Shown in pieces: positions 28,365 to 37,819 of a stretch of 64,000 bases of DNA; position 1 is the first letter of the stretch; the number at the start of each line of letters is the position of its first letter. Location of the stretch: contig JAWLHV010000005.1 in NCBI GenBank assembly GCA_041690175.1, forward strand, positions 14,496 through 78,495, in the 5' to 3' direction. Below the pieces are notes generated by a model, which was not told where the DNA came from, searched no databases, and saw nothing but the letters and a program-made list of their open reading frames with translations. The translations under genes were made by a program, and so were the position numbers. This stretch comes from Dehalococcoidia bacterium. Lineage in GTDB: Bacteria; Chloroflexota; Dehalococcoidia; UBA2979.

Positions 28365-29456
28365 TCAGCCCTTCGTCTCGTCCGTCGCGGTCGGGATCCC
28401 GCGCACCGCCGGACCGCCCTCGCGCGCCACCACCTCGCCGATGCGCCACGGGGCGGTCGAGGCACGGAGCGCCTCCAGCGCGGCGTCCGCGTCCCCCGGC
28501 GCCACGGCCAGGATCATGCCGACGCCCATGTTGAACGCTCGATACATCTCGGCTGGTGCAACGCCGCCCTCGCGCTGGATGAGCGCGAACAGCGGCGGGG
28601 TCTCCCAGGACGACGCATCGAGGTCCGCCGCCACGCCTTCCCGCAGGATGCGCGGCAGGTTGCCGGGGATGCCGCCGCCGGTGATGTGCGCCGCGCCCTT
28701 CAGGTACGGCACCACGCCTCGCAGCGCGGCCGTGTAGGAGGGGTGCGGCGCAGTCAGCGCCTCGCCCAGCGAGGGGCCGCCCAGTTCCTCGTACCGCTGG
28801 TCCAGGATCGCGCGCTCGCGGTCCTCGCCCAGCCCCTTGCCCAGACCCCAGGCCTCGCGTGCCAGCGAGTAGCCGTTGGTCATCAAGCCGTTGGAGGGCA
28901 CGCCGATGAGCACGTCCCCCGGGGCGATCGCGGCGCCGTCGATCACGCTGTCGCGCTCCACCACTCCCACCACGAACCCGGCCAGGTCGAAGTCACCGGG
29001 GCGGTAGATGTCCGGCATGTCCGCGGTCTCACCGCCCAGGAGCGCGATGCCGTTCTCCCGGCAGGCCTCCGCGATGCCCTCCACCAGTTCCAGCCGCTGC
29101 TCGTGCGGCAGGCCGTTGGTGGCGATGTAGTCCAGGAAGAACAGGGGCGTGGCCCCGGTGGTGATCAGGTCGTTCACGTTGTTGTTCACGATGTCGTGGC
29201 CTGCCAGGCGGATGGTGCCCTGCACGGCGTGCAGCATCACCTTGGTCCCCACCCCGTCCGTGGATGCCACCAGCACCGGGTCACGGTGGGCGCCGCCCAG
29301 CGCGAACAGCCCGGCGAAGGCGCCCGGCACGTCGATGACCTGTGGGCCGTGGGTGCTGCGGGCAATGGGGCCAAAGCGCTTCGCCGTGGCCTCGCGCGCG
29401 TCCAGGTCCACGCCGGCGCCGGCGTAGGTAAGCGGGGGGCGGGCGGGATCGGTCAT
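28365..29456 (-). CDS. purM: phosphoribosylformylglycinamidine cyclo-ligase
   Basis: LTYAGAGVDLDAREA...STDGVGTKV. Confidence 0.95.
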   Translation of the reverse strand: MTDPARPPLTYAGAGVDLDAREATAKRFGPIARSTHGPQVIDVPGAFAGLFALGGAHRDPVLVASTDGVGTKVMLHAVQGTIRLAGHDIVNNNVNDLITTGATPLFFLDYIATNGLPHEQRLELVEGIAEACRENGIALLGGETADMPDIYRPGDFDLAGFVVGVVERDSVIDGAAIAPGDVLIGVPSNGLMTNGYSLAREAWGLGKGLGEDRERAILDQRYEELGGPSLGEALTAPHPSYTAALRGVVPYLKGAAHITGGGIPGNLPRILREGVAADLDASSWETPPLFALIQREGGVAPAEMYRAFNMGVGMILAVAPGDADAALEALRASTAPWRIGEVVAREGGPAVRGIPTATDETKG

Positions 29457-29532
29457 CGCTCGGCTCGCAGTGGGGGAGGAATGGAGGCTAGCGCCTCGCG
29501 GGCCTGAATTCGAACGGGAAGGGACGTGGGGA

Positions 29533-31080
29533 CTAGCGGACGGTCAGGGGGAGCGTGGCGGGCGCGGGCGGGGCCATGGGGATCTCATGGTCGGGCTGCT
29601 CATGGCCCTCCAGCGCGAACTTGTCGAACTGTAGGGGCACGTCGCTCGGGTACTCGCCAGAGAAGCAGGCGGTGCAGTGCTGCCCCTCGCCCAGGTTGGT
29701 GGCCCACACGGTGCCCTCCAGCGAGAGGTAGCCCAGGGAGTCCGCGCCCACGTGCTCGCGGATCTCCTCCACGCTCATGTTGGCGGCGATCAACTCGCCC
29801 CTGGTGGCCATGTCCACGCCGTAGAAGCAGGGGTGCGTGATGGGCGGCGCGGTGATGCGCAGGTGGACCTCGCTCGCGCCGGCGTCCCGGATCATCTTCA
29901 CCACGCGCGGGGTGGTGGTACCGCGGACGATCGAGTCGTCCACGACGATCACGCGCTTGCCCTCCAGCACCTCCCGCAGCGGGTTGAACTTCAACTGCAC
30001 GCCGCGGTCACGCAGGCGCTGGTCCGGCTGGATGAACGTCCTGCCCACGTAGCGGTTCTTGACCAGGCCCTCGGCGTACTGGATGCCGGCCGCCTGCGCG
30101 TAGCCAATGGCCGCCGCCGTGGCCGAGTCCGGCACGCCGATCACCAGGTCTGCCTCCACCGGGTGCTCTTCGGCCAGGCGCGCGCCCATCCGCGTGCGGA
30201 CGGGATGCAGCAGTTCACCCGACAGCCGGGAGTCCGGACGGGCGAAGTAGATGAACTCGAAGAGGCAGAGCGACTGGCGCGCTCGGCCGGACATGTCCGC
30301 CATCTCCAGCGGCTCGCCCACCGGGAAGGAGGAGGCCAGCCCCTCGCCGTCCGCGCGGACCACCTCGCCGGGACGGACGTCGCGGATGTAGGTCGCACCC
30401 AGGTGGTCCAGGGCGCAGGTCTCGGAGGCGAAGACGTAGCCGTGGCCGTTCAACTTGCCGATGACCAGCGGACGGATGCCCAGCGGGTCACGCACGGCGT
30501 AGACCGCGTCCTCCGTGAGGATCGTCAGCGAGTACGCGCCGTTGGCGCGGCGCATGACCTGCGCGAAACGCTCGTCCCACGTGCCGCCGTCGCCGTCCAC
30601 CAGCATCCGGCCCAGCACCTCGGTGTCGCTGGAGGTCTCGAAGTGGACGCCGCGCGAAGCGAGGTCCGCGCGCATGCCGTCGGCGTTGATGACGTTGCCG
30701 TTGTGGGCAATGGCCAGTTCGCCGTGGAGGCCCTTCATGCGGAAGGGCTGCGCGTTCCCGGCGACGCTGGATCCGGTGGTGGAGTAGCGGGTGTGGCCGA
30801 TGGCGGCGTGCCCGGGCAGCGTCTCCAGCGCCTCCTCCGTGAAGACCTGGGCCACTAGGCCCATGTCCGTGTAGAGGTGCAGGCGCCGGCCGTCCGTGCT
30901 GGCGATGCCGGCGGACTCTTGCCCGCGGTGCTGGAGTGCATGAAGGCCGAAGAATGTGAGCCGAGCCACGTCTTCGCCGGGAGCGAAGACTCCGAAGATG
31001 CCGCACTTCTCGTTGAGAGCGTCGTGCAAGGCGGTGGAGCCCCATCCCTCGGCTGGGCCGCTAGATACCAAGTGTAGCAC
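29533..31080 (-). CDS. purF: amidophosphoribosyltransferase
   Basis: propeptide then CGIFGVF...; PRTase motif VIVVDDSIVRGTT; [4Fe-4S] cysteines. Confidence 0.95.
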   Translation of the reverse strand: MLHLVSSGPAEGWGSTALHDALNEKCGIFGVFAPGEDVARLTFFGLHALQHRGQESAGIASTDGRRLHLYTDMGLVAQVFTEEALETLPGHAAIGHTRYSTTGSSVAGNAQPFRMKGLHGELAIAHNGNVINADGMRADLASRGVHFETSSDTEVLGRMLVDGDGGTWDERFAQVMRRANGAYSLTILTEDAVYAVRDPLGIRPLVIGKLNGHGYVFASETCALDHLGATYIRDVRPGEVVRADGEGLASSFPVGEPLEMADMSGRARQSLCLFEFIYFARPDSRLSGELLHPVRTRMGARLAEEHPVEADLVIGVPDSATAAAIGYAQAAGIQYAEGLVKNRYVGRTFIQPDQRLRDRGVQLKFNPLREVLEGKRVIVVDDSIVRGTTTPRVVKMIRDAGASEVHLRITAPPITHPCFYGVDMATRGELIAANMSVEEIREHVGADSLGYLSLEGTVWATNLGEGQHCTACFSGEYPSDVPLQFDKFALEGHEQPDHEIPMAPPAPATLPLTVR

Positions 31081-31115
31081 GCACTATCCGGGCACCCGCG
31101 AGCATCGAGATTTCG

Positions 31116-31511
31116 CTACAGACGCCCATGTTCCACCTTGGTGCAGCGGTCCATGACCACTTCCAGGCCGGCCTCCCGGGCGCGCTCCGCGGCCTCCTCG
31201 TTCACGATGCCGATCTGCATCCAGACGGCCTTCGCCCCCGCCGCGATCGCGTCCTCCACCACCGGCGGGACGAACTCCGGCCGCCGGAAGATGTCCACGA
31301 TGTCCACCGGCTCGGGGAGCGACTGCACGGACGGGTGGATGATCTGCCCCAGCATCTCCTGGCCCACCTCCGTGGGGTTCACCAGGTAGACCGTGAAGCC
31401 GCGATCGATGAGGTAGCGGGCGATGTCGTTCGCGGGGCGGTCGCGCTGCGTGGTCACGCCCACCACCGCGATGGTCTTCGCGTCCCGCATCAGTTCAGCC
31501 GCGCGGTCCAT
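31116..31511 (-). CDS. CoA-binding domain protein (YccU/YneT family)
   Basis: ORF trimmed to MDRAAELMRDAKTIAVVGVTTQRDRPANDIARYLIDRGFTVYLVNP. Confidence 0.7.
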   Translation of the reverse strand: MDRAAELMRDAKTIAVVGVTTQRDRPANDIARYLIDRGFTVYLVNPTEVGQEMLGQIIHPSVQSLPEPVDIVDIFRRPEFVPPVVEDAIAAGAKAVWMQIGIVNEEAAERAREAGLEVVMDRCTKVEHGRL

Positions 31512-32217
31512 GTCCGACTCCGTCGTCCGCTGGCGGGCTGCCACCGTCCACCTCGCCCATGATCTCATCATCGGCGTCCGAAGAGTCTTGGTAATCCTCC
31601 AGCGCCCACTCCGGAATCTCACCCAGGTTTGCGGGCGTGCCGCTCATCTCACCCAGCGCCCGCGCCAGGTCGTTCGCCCGCTCCAGCGCTTCGTCCGCCA
31701 GTGGGCGGGCCGTGGTGATGCTGGCGATCTCTAGGACGCGGCCGTTGTCCTTCACCAGCCGCACCTCCCAGCGCACCACGTCCTGCAGGTCGCCTGACCC
31801 CAGTTCGTCGTCGAAGTCGCTGCCCACCTCGATGCGGGCGATGCGGGGGAAGGGGACGAGTTCGCGGGTGCCGAGGCCCAGGCCGAGGAACCCCTGCTGC
31901 CACCGGCAGGTGCCCTTCTTGCGCTCCATCAGGAACGCACTGCCCAGGACGTTGTAGACCAGGCCCAGGATCGCGGTGGGGCCCGCAAGGATGATGAAGA
32001 GCAGCAGCACCATCAGCAGCCACAGCGGCAGCGCGTTGATCCAGCGGGCAATCACCACCGCCGCCAGCACCGTGAGCAGCGCCTGGATCGCCGGTCCCCA
32101 GAGGCTCCCGCGCGAGGGCTTGATGACGATCGAGTCCGGCTTGATGACGGCGTAGGCTCGCGAGAGCGCGATGCGCCCCGGCTCCACCGCTCCACTCGCC
32201 CCCGCCGCTTCGCTCAC
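31495..32217 (-). CDS. hypothetical membrane protein with acidic C-terminus
   Basis: two strong transmembrane helices (LLTVLAAVVIARWINALPLWLLMVLLLFIILAGPTAILGLVYNVLG); acidic tail. Confidence 0.45.
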   Translation of the reverse strand: MSEAAGASGAVEPGRIALSRAYAVIKPDSIVIKPSRGSLWGPAIQALLTVLAAVVIARWINALPLWLLMVLLLFIILAGPTAILGLVYNVLGSAFLMERKKGTCRWQQGFLGLGLGTRELVPFPRIARIEVGSDFDDELGSGDLQDVVRWEVRLVKDNGRVLEIASITTARPLADEALERANDLARALGEMSGTPANLGEIPEWALEDYQDSSDADDEIMGEVDGGSPPADDGVGHGPRG

Positions 32218-32296
32218 ACGCCGAGTCTAGGGTGCGCGCCCCGTAGCCGCGCACCCGGAATTGCCGCTGTCCGAGCGCTCCGCCTACGATGAGCCC

Positions 32297-32515
32297 ATGC
32301 AACGAGACCTGATGGACATCCTCGCCTGCCCGCTCTGCAAGCAGGAACTGCGCCTGGACGCCACGCGCGAAGAGGCGGGCGAGGTCATTGAGGGCACTCT
32401 CACCTGCACCGCCTGCGGTGAGGTCTACCCGATCAGCGAGGGCATCCCCAACCTGCTCCCGCCGGACCTCCGCCGCGAGATGGAGTCCGCCCAGGCCGGC
32501 CCCACCGGCCACTAG
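32297..32515 (+). CDS. Trm112 family protein
   Basis: MQRDLMDILACPLCKQELRLDATREE...LTCTACGEVYPISEGIPNLLP. Confidence 0.7.
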   Translation: MQRDLMDILACPLCKQELRLDATREEAGEVIEGTLTCTACGEVYPISEGIPNLLPPDLRREMESAQAGPTGH

Positions 32516-32557
32516 CACCCGGGCCGGCACACCGACGGCCACAGGCGGAGGCGCACG

Positions 32558-32836
32558 ATGACCAGCACACCACCCGGGCTGAGCCCCATGGCCATGACCA
32601 CGGAACGCTCTCGGCGCATGGGCCAGGCGCTCATGGCGCTGGCCGGCCTGCAGTTCCTCTTCTTCTTGGCCGGCGCCGTCCGGCGTTCCTACCTGGTACT
32701 CGCGATCCCGATCGGCATCGCGGTGGGAGTAGCCTCCGGCGTGATGTTCTGGGTGGGCTACACCATGGCCACCAAGGACTGGGACGACCCCGCGGACTGG
32801 CCGCCTGCGGAGGACGAGGCGTCCTCCGAGGCGTAG
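32558..32836 (+). CDS. small hypothetical membrane protein
   Basis: two predicted transmembrane helices; acidic C-terminus; weak. Confidence 0.35.
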   Translation: MTSTPPGLSPMAMTTERSRRMGQALMALAGLQFLFFLAGAVRRSYLVLAIPIGIAVGVASGVMFWVGYTMATKDWDDPADWPPAEDEASSEA

Positions 32837-32844
32837 CCCCCTGC

Positions 32845-33177
32845 TCAGACGCCCGGCGGCAGATACTCCAGCATCAGCGTGGTCATCGGCTCGCCCTCCG
32901 TCCAGAGACGGTGGGGCACTCCGGCCGGCCACACGATGCGCTGACCGGCCTCCAGCGGGTACGCCTCGCCAGCGACGGAGACAAAGCCGCGGCCTTCGAG
33001 GCAGGCCACGTCGATGTCCCACTCCGCCGCATGCTCGTCGATGGTTGCGTCCGCCGCGAAGCGGAGTTGGGCCAGGAGGACCTCCGGCTCGTGCTGGATG
33101 ACGCGCACCTCCACGCCGCGGCATCCCGGGCGAGGCACGGGCGTCCATTCGGGGCGAGCAAACGGCTCTGGCTTCAT
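32845..33177 (-). CDS. cupin domain protein
   Basis: small beta-barrel-type sequence with conserved His and Glu; generic cupin call. Confidence 0.5.
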   Translation of the reverse strand: MKPEPFARPEWTPVPRPGCRGVEVRVIQHEPEVLLAQLRFAADATIDEHAAEWDIDVACLEGRGFVSVAGEAYPLEAGQRIVWPAGVPHRLWTEGEPMTTLMLEYLPPGV

Positions 33178-33178
33178 C

Positions 33179-33715
33179 TCACGCTCCCTCTGCCCACTCC
33201 GGGCCCGCCACCCGTCGCATCGCCCGACGCTCCGCCACCGGCCGCAGGTCCCGCAGTGACGGGATGAGCAGCCCCGCCACCGGATGGCGCACCTCGGCGG
33301 CGATCTCCGCCAGCGGCACCAAGACGAACGCCCGTTGCGTCAGCAGCGCGTGCGGCACCGTCAGGTCCGCCTCGTCCACGCGCTCGCCCTCGATGAGCGC
33401 GATGTCCACGTCCAGCGGGCGCGCCGTCCATCGAGGCGCCTTGAAGTTGCGCCCGGCCTCGGCCTCCAGTTGCTTGGCAAGGGCGAGCAACTCACGCGGC
33501 GCGAGGTCGCTGGGCCCGCCGACGGCGGCGTTCAGGAACGGCGGCTGAACAGTCACCCCCCAGGGCGGCGTCTCGTACAGCGAGGAGACCGCGTCGACGG
33601 CCACGCCGGCCTCGCGCAGCCCTCGGACGGCGGCGCGCAAATGCGATTCCCGGTCGCCGAGGTTGGAGCCCAGCGCGAGGTAGACACGGCGGGCGTACCG
33701 GCGCGGCGCGCTCAC
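33179..33715 (-). CDS. folK: 2-amino-4-hydroxy-6-hydroxymethyldihydropteridine pyrophosphokinase
   Basis: VYLALGSNLGDRESHL...ETPPWG...LDVDI. Confidence 0.9.
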   Translation of the reverse strand: MSAPRRYARRVYLALGSNLGDRESHLRAAVRGLREAGVAVDAVSSLYETPPWGVTVQPPFLNAAVGGPSDLAPRELLALAKQLEAEAGRNFKAPRWTARPLDVDIALIEGERVDEADLTVPHALLTQRAFVLVPLAEIAAEVRHPVAGLLIPSLRDLRPVAERRAMRRVAGPEWAEGA

Positions 33716-33731
33716 CGGGCCGCGCCCGGCG

Positions 33732-34586
33732 TCACGGGACGGCGTTCCGCACGATGGCGTCCGTCACCCGCGCGACCTGCGCCATCTCCTCCACGTCATG
33801 CACGCGCACGATGTCCGCGCCGCGCTCTATGGCAATCGCGATGGTCGCGGCCGTGCCGTAGGTGCGCTCCTGCGCCGGCCGGTCGATGACGTAGCCGATG
33901 GACGACTTCCGAGACGTCCCCACCAGCAGCGGCCGCCCCAGCCCCTTGAGTTCGTCCAGCCGCCGCAGCATCTCAAAGTCCCGCACGGGCCCCCAGCCGA
34001 AGCCGTACCCGGGGTCCACGATCACCTGGGACTCGGGCAGGCCCGCCGCGACAGCGGCCGCGATCCCCGCGTCCAGCCCGGCGCGGATGTCGCCAATCAC
34101 GTCGCCACCGAAGGTGCGCCCGCGCTGGTTGTGCATCACCACCACCGGCACGCCCGCCTCCGCGACCACCCGCGCCATGGCGGGATCGCCTCGAAGCCCC
34201 GTGACGTCGTTCACGGCGTCCGCGCCATACTCCAGCGCGCGGCGGGCGACCTCTGCCTTCGACGTGTCCACGGAGATCGGCACGCTCACGGCGCGGCGGA
34301 CGGCGCCCAGCACCAGGTGCAGGCGCTTCCACTCGTCCTCCGCGTCCACGGGGGCGAACTCCGGCCGAGTGGACTCGGCGCCCACGTCCAGCAAGTGCGC
34401 GCCCGCGGCCACCATCGCCTCCGCCTGTCGGGCTGCCTCGGCCGGGTCGGGGACACCGTCTCCGGAGAAGGAGTCCGCAGAGGCGTTGATGATCCCCATG
34501 ACGTGGGTCTGACGCCCCCATTCGAAAACCTGACCGCCGATGGTGATCGGAGGCGGGACGGGCCAGTCGCGCGGCGGCGTCATCAC
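33732..34586 (-). CDS. folP: dihydropteroate synthase
   Basis: GIINASADSFSGDG...DVGAESTRP...VSVDT...DPGYGFG. Confidence 0.9.
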   Translation of the reverse strand: MMTPPRDWPVPPPITIGGQVFEWGRQTHVMGIINASADSFSGDGVPDPAEAARQAEAMVAAGAHLLDVGAESTRPEFAPVDAEDEWKRLHLVLGAVRRAVSVPISVDTSKAEVARRALEYGADAVNDVTGLRGDPAMARVVAEAGVPVVVMHNQRGRTFGGDVIGDIRAGLDAGIAAAVAAGLPESQVIVDPGYGFGWGPVRDFEMLRRLDELKGLGRPLLVGTSRKSSIGYVIDRPAQERTYGTAATIAIAIERGADIVRVHDVEEMAQVARVTDAIVRNAVP

Positions 34587-35014
34587 ACGACCTCGATGGG
34601 TTCTTCCGTGATGTCGCCGCCGCGGGTGATCAGGTAGGCACGTACGTCCGGCTCTTCATGCTCCAGCGAGACCAGGATGTAGTAGGTGCCGGGGAACATC
34701 GGTTCCTGGTCCATCTCTCCGGGCGGGAAGAACGCCATGCGCACGTCCGTGCGCGAGGGATACGCCCTCGAGGCGACATGCGAGTGGTAGATGGCGAACA
34801 GCGAGTCCCCACCGTCCTCGCGAGCGCGCTCCAGCCGCATCATCTGCAGCGGGTCCATCTCGTAGCGGTAGGGGCTGGCGGCGGCGTTCTTGACGCGATG
34901 CACCTCCACGGGCACGCCGTCCCGCCCGTGCACCATGCCGCACGCCTCGTTCGGCAGGTCCTCGCGCGCGTGCGCAACCATCTCGTCGACGACCGCCCGT
35001 GGGATCCGTGGCAT
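34583..35014 (-). CDS. mec: JAMM/MPN+ metalloprotease (Mec+-like)
   Basis: JAMM motif EACG...YHSHVASRAYPSRTD; 143 aa; its stop overlaps the folP start by 4 nt. Confidence 0.85.
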   Translation of the reverse strand: MPRIPRAVVDEMVAHAREDLPNEACGMVHGRDGVPVEVHRVKNAAASPYRYEMDPLQMMRLERAREDGGDSLFAIYHSHVASRAYPSRTDVRMAFFPPGEMDQEPMFPGTYYILVSLEHEEPDVRAYLITRGGDITEEPIEVV

Positions 35015-35076
35015 CTACCGCTCGTTTCTGCCTTCTGTCCCTCATCCAGATGGCGGAGGGCCGTTCTGCCTTCAGT

Positions 35077-35100
35077 CCCCTCCCCCTTTATGGGGGAGGG
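35077..35100. repeat. GC-rich palindromic hairpin (cccctcccc-loop-ggggagggg), downstream flank of the DUF559 gene
   Basis: cccctccccctttatgggggaggg; same motif family as 8607-8632, ~9076-9100 and 35471-35493. Confidence 0.75.
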
Positions 35101-35454
35101 CTAGGGAGGGGGTTCCGAGGTCAGTGCGTGCCAGACAGCCTGTTCCACCGATTCCAGGGCAGTGAGCACCTCTCGATTGCTGAAACGCAACACCCGCAGC
35201 CCCCGGCTCCTCATCCATGAGTCGCGCGCGTCATCGTAACTTCGCTGCTCGGCATGGTGGTTGCCATCCACCTCGATAACCAGTTGCCGCTCGATGCAGG
35301 TGAAGTCCGCGAAGTACGGGCCGAGAGGCTGCTGCCGGCGGAACTTGACCCTGCGAACCGGCGGCGGCGGAGCACCTGCCACAAGCGTCGTTCCGCCTCG
35401 GTGGGACTGCTGCGAAGGGATCGCGCACGTTCTCGACGATGGCGTCCCATGCAT
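35101..35454 (-). CDS. DUF559 endonuclease-domain protein (Vsr-like fold)
   Basis: VRRVKFRRQQPLGPYFADFTCIERQLVIEVDGNHH...LRFSNREV; ORF 35101..35517 trimmed to exclude the hairpin-derived N-terminus (SPFMGEGRGGG). Confidence 0.7.
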   Translation of the reverse strand: MHGTPSSRTCAIPSQQSHRGGTTLVAGAPPPPVRRVKFRRQQPLGPYFADFTCIERQLVIEVDGNHHAEQRSYDDARDSWMRSRGLRVLRFSNREVLTALESVEQAVWHALTSEPPP

Positions 35455-35470
35455 CGTCCCCCCACCCCGG

Positions 35471-35493
35471 CCCTCCCCCATGAAGGGGGAGGG
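35471..35493. repeat. GC-rich palindromic hairpin, upstream flank of the DUF559 gene
   Basis: ccctcccccatgaagggggaggg. Confidence 0.75.
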
Positions 35494-35507
35494 TGCCGGA
35501 AGCAGCG

Positions 35508-35909
35508 CTACGTCCATGCCTCCGGCTCGCCGTCATCGATGCAGGCGCCGACCGCCATCTTCATCTGCAGGAAGTTCACGCTGCCCGGCTGCGGGAGCAG
35601 GTGGGCGATCCAGTGGTCGCGCTCCTCCTCCGGCAGCCGGTCCAGCAGATCACCCAGCGTCGCGTGGAGGACGGCCGCGCCTGCTTCCCCCTCGGCCGCG
35701 GGCGCGATGCCCACGTCCACGGACCAGCGATTGGGGACGTTCACGCGGCCCACCGTGCGCGTCCGGACCAACTGAGCCCCGGGCATCGAGCGATACCGGT
35801 CCAGCACCGCCGAGTCGAAGCGCAGGTGCAGGCGGCGGCCGTCGCCGGATGCCAGCACCCGGCGCAGGAGCGCCTGCTCCAACGAGGCCGCGTCCCTTGA
35901 GGCTGCCAT
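35508..35909 (-). CDS. hypothetical protein
   Basis: 133-aa ORF with plausible codon usage between the rhodanese and DUF559 genes; no recognisable family. Confidence 0.35.
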   Translation of the reverse strand: MAASRDAASLEQALLRRVLASGDGRRLHLRFDSAVLDRYRSMPGAQLVRTRTVGRVNVPNRWSVDVGIAPAAEGEAGAAVLHATLGDLLDRLPEEERDHWIAHLLPQPGSVNFLQMKMAVGACIDDGEPEAWT

Positions 35910-35934
35910 GCCGCCCTCGATCCCGAGCCCGCCG

Positions 35935-36756
35935 CTACTTCTCGATCGGCACGCCCACCATGGAGCCGTACTCGGTCCATGAGCCGTCGTAGTTCTTCAC
36001 GTTGGGGTAGCCCAGAATGTGCTTCAGCACGAACCACGTGTGGCTGGAGCGCTCGCCGATGCGGCAGTAGGCGATGGTGTCTCCACCGGACTGCACGCCC
36101 GCGCCCTCGTACAGCGCCTTCAGTTCGTCAGGCGACTTGAAGGTGCCGTCCTCGTTCACTGCGCGTGCCCACGGGATGTTGCGTGCGCCGGGGATGTGCC
36201 CCCCGCGCTGCGCGGTCTCGCTCATGCCGGGAGGGGCAATGACCTCGCCGGTGAACTCCGCGGGGCTGCGCACGTCCACCAGGTTGATGCCGGAGCCCAG
36301 GGCCGCCAGCACGTCGTCCCGGCGGGCGCGGAGGCTCATGTCCGGCTCCTTCGCCTGGTAGGAGGCGGGCTGGATCTCCGGGTCCGCGGTAGTGCTGGGG
36401 CGGTTGTCCGCCAGCCACTTCACGCGGCCGCCGTCCATGAGCGAGACGTTCTGGTGGCCGTACAACTCCATGAGCCACAGCGCGTAGGCGGCGAACCAGT
36501 TGTTGTTGTCGCCGTAGAGCACCACGTGCGTGTCCGGGGTGATCCCAGAACGCTCCATGAGCGCCTCGAAGTCCTGCTTGGACAGGATGTCGCGGGTGGT
36601 CGCGTCCTGGAGTTGCGTGGTCCAGTTCCAGCCCACCGCGCCATCGATGTGGCCCTCGCGGTAGGCCTCGGTGTCTACGTCCACCTCGACCAGGCGGATG
36701 TTGGGGTCGTCCTTGTGCTCCTGCACCCAGTCGCAGGTCACGAGTCGCTCGGCCAT
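35935..36756 (-). CDS. sseA: thiosulfate / 3-mercaptopyruvate sulfurtransferase (tandem rhodanese)
   Basis: ORF trimmed to MAERLVTCDWV with GGAGG RBS; active-site loop CRIGERSS; two rhodanese domains. Confidence 0.85.
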   Translation of the reverse strand: MAERLVTCDWVQEHKDDPNIRLVEVDVDTEAYREGHIDGAVGWNWTTQLQDATTRDILSKQDFEALMERSGITPDTHVVLYGDNNNWFAAYALWLMELYGHQNVSLMDGGRVKWLADNRPSTTADPEIQPASYQAKEPDMSLRARRDDVLAALGSGINLVDVRSPAEFTGEVIAPPGMSETAQRGGHIPGARNIPWARAVNEDGTFKSPDELKALYEGAGVQSGGDTIAYCRIGERSSHTWFVLKHILGYPNVKNYDGSWTEYGSMVGVPIEK

Positions 36757-36860
36757 GTCAGTCCTCCGTGCTTGTCCGTCCATCGATGCGCGTGCCGCCC
36801 CCTGCGGAGGCGGTGTGTCTGCCCCTCGGTGCGGCGGTCAGCGCCCTCACGCGCGCGGCG

Positions 36861-37796
36861 CTACCACCACAACTTCTCCGCGACCGCCTCGCGGATGTCC
36901 TCGTACTCCTGGCTCCACAGGCCCGTGGACAGGTACTTCCAGCCGCCGTCCGCCAGCAGGCAGACGATCTTGCCGGACTCCATCCGTTCCGCCGTCCGCT
37001 GCGCGGTGCGCACCACGGACCCCGCGGAGATGCCCGCGAAGACGCCGGTCTTCTGCGTGAGTTCCTTGGTCAGGGCGAACGACGTGGCGGAGTCCACCAC
37101 GATGCGGCCGTCCAGGACCTGGTCGTCGAAGACCGGCGGGATGTAGCCGTCCTCCAGGGCGCGCAGGCCCTGCACCAGGTCGCCGGGGTGCGGCGCCGCG
37201 GCCACCACGCGTATGGCCGGGTTGTGCTCCTTCAGCCGCCGGCCGGTGCCGGTCAGCGTCCCACCGGTGCCCAGGCCCGCCACGAAGACGTCCAGGTCCG
37301 GCAAGTCCGCAATGATCTCCGGCGCGGTGGTCTCGTAGTGGGCGCGGGGGTTCATCTCGTTCTCGTACTGGAACAGCATCACCCACTTCGGGTTCTGATC
37401 CCGGATCTCCGTGGCCCGCCGCACGGCGCCGTTGGAGCCCAGGTCGCCCGGCGAGAAGATGATCTCCGCCCCGTACGCGCGCAGCAGGCCGGTGCGCTCC
37501 TCCGAGACCGCGTCCGGCATGACGATCTTCACACGGTACCCGCGCAGGCTGCCGATCATCGCCAGGGCGATGCCCGTGTTGCCGCTGCTGGGCTCCAGGA
37601 TGGTGTCGCCCGGCTTCAGCAGGCCAGTACGCTCCGCTTCCTGCACCATGAACCACGCGATCCGGTCCTTCACGGAGCCGGTGGGATTCTGGCCCTCCAA
37701 CTTCGCCCAGATCTCCACGCGCGGGTTCGGGGACATCGCGGAGATGTCCACCAGCGGCGTGTTGCCGATGAGGTCCAGCAGGCTCTTCACCTTCAC
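36861..37796 (-). CDS. cysM: cysteine synthase, CysM-like (PLP-dependent, predicted to use a CysO thiocarboxylate)
   Basis: LIGNTPLV...NPTGSVKDR...SSGNTGIALA; lies immediately downstream of a CysO-like gene. Confidence 0.85.
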   Translation of the reverse strand: MKVKSLLDLIGNTPLVDISAMSPNPRVEIWAKLEGQNPTGSVKDRIAWFMVQEAERTGLLKPGDTILEPSSGNTGIALAMIGSLRGYRVKIVMPDAVSEERTGLLRAYGAEIIFSPGDLGSNGAVRRATEIRDQNPKWVMLFQYENEMNPRAHYETTAPEIIADLPDLDVFVAGLGTGGTLTGTGRRLKEHNPAIRVVAAAPHPGDLVQGLRALEDGYIPPVFDDQVLDGRIVVDSATSFALTKELTQKTGVFAGISAGSVVRTAQRTAERMESGKIVCLLADGGWKYLSTGLWSQEYEDIREAVAEKLWW

Positions 37797-37819
37797 CGGA
37801 GCGCTCCGATCTCCCGCTG

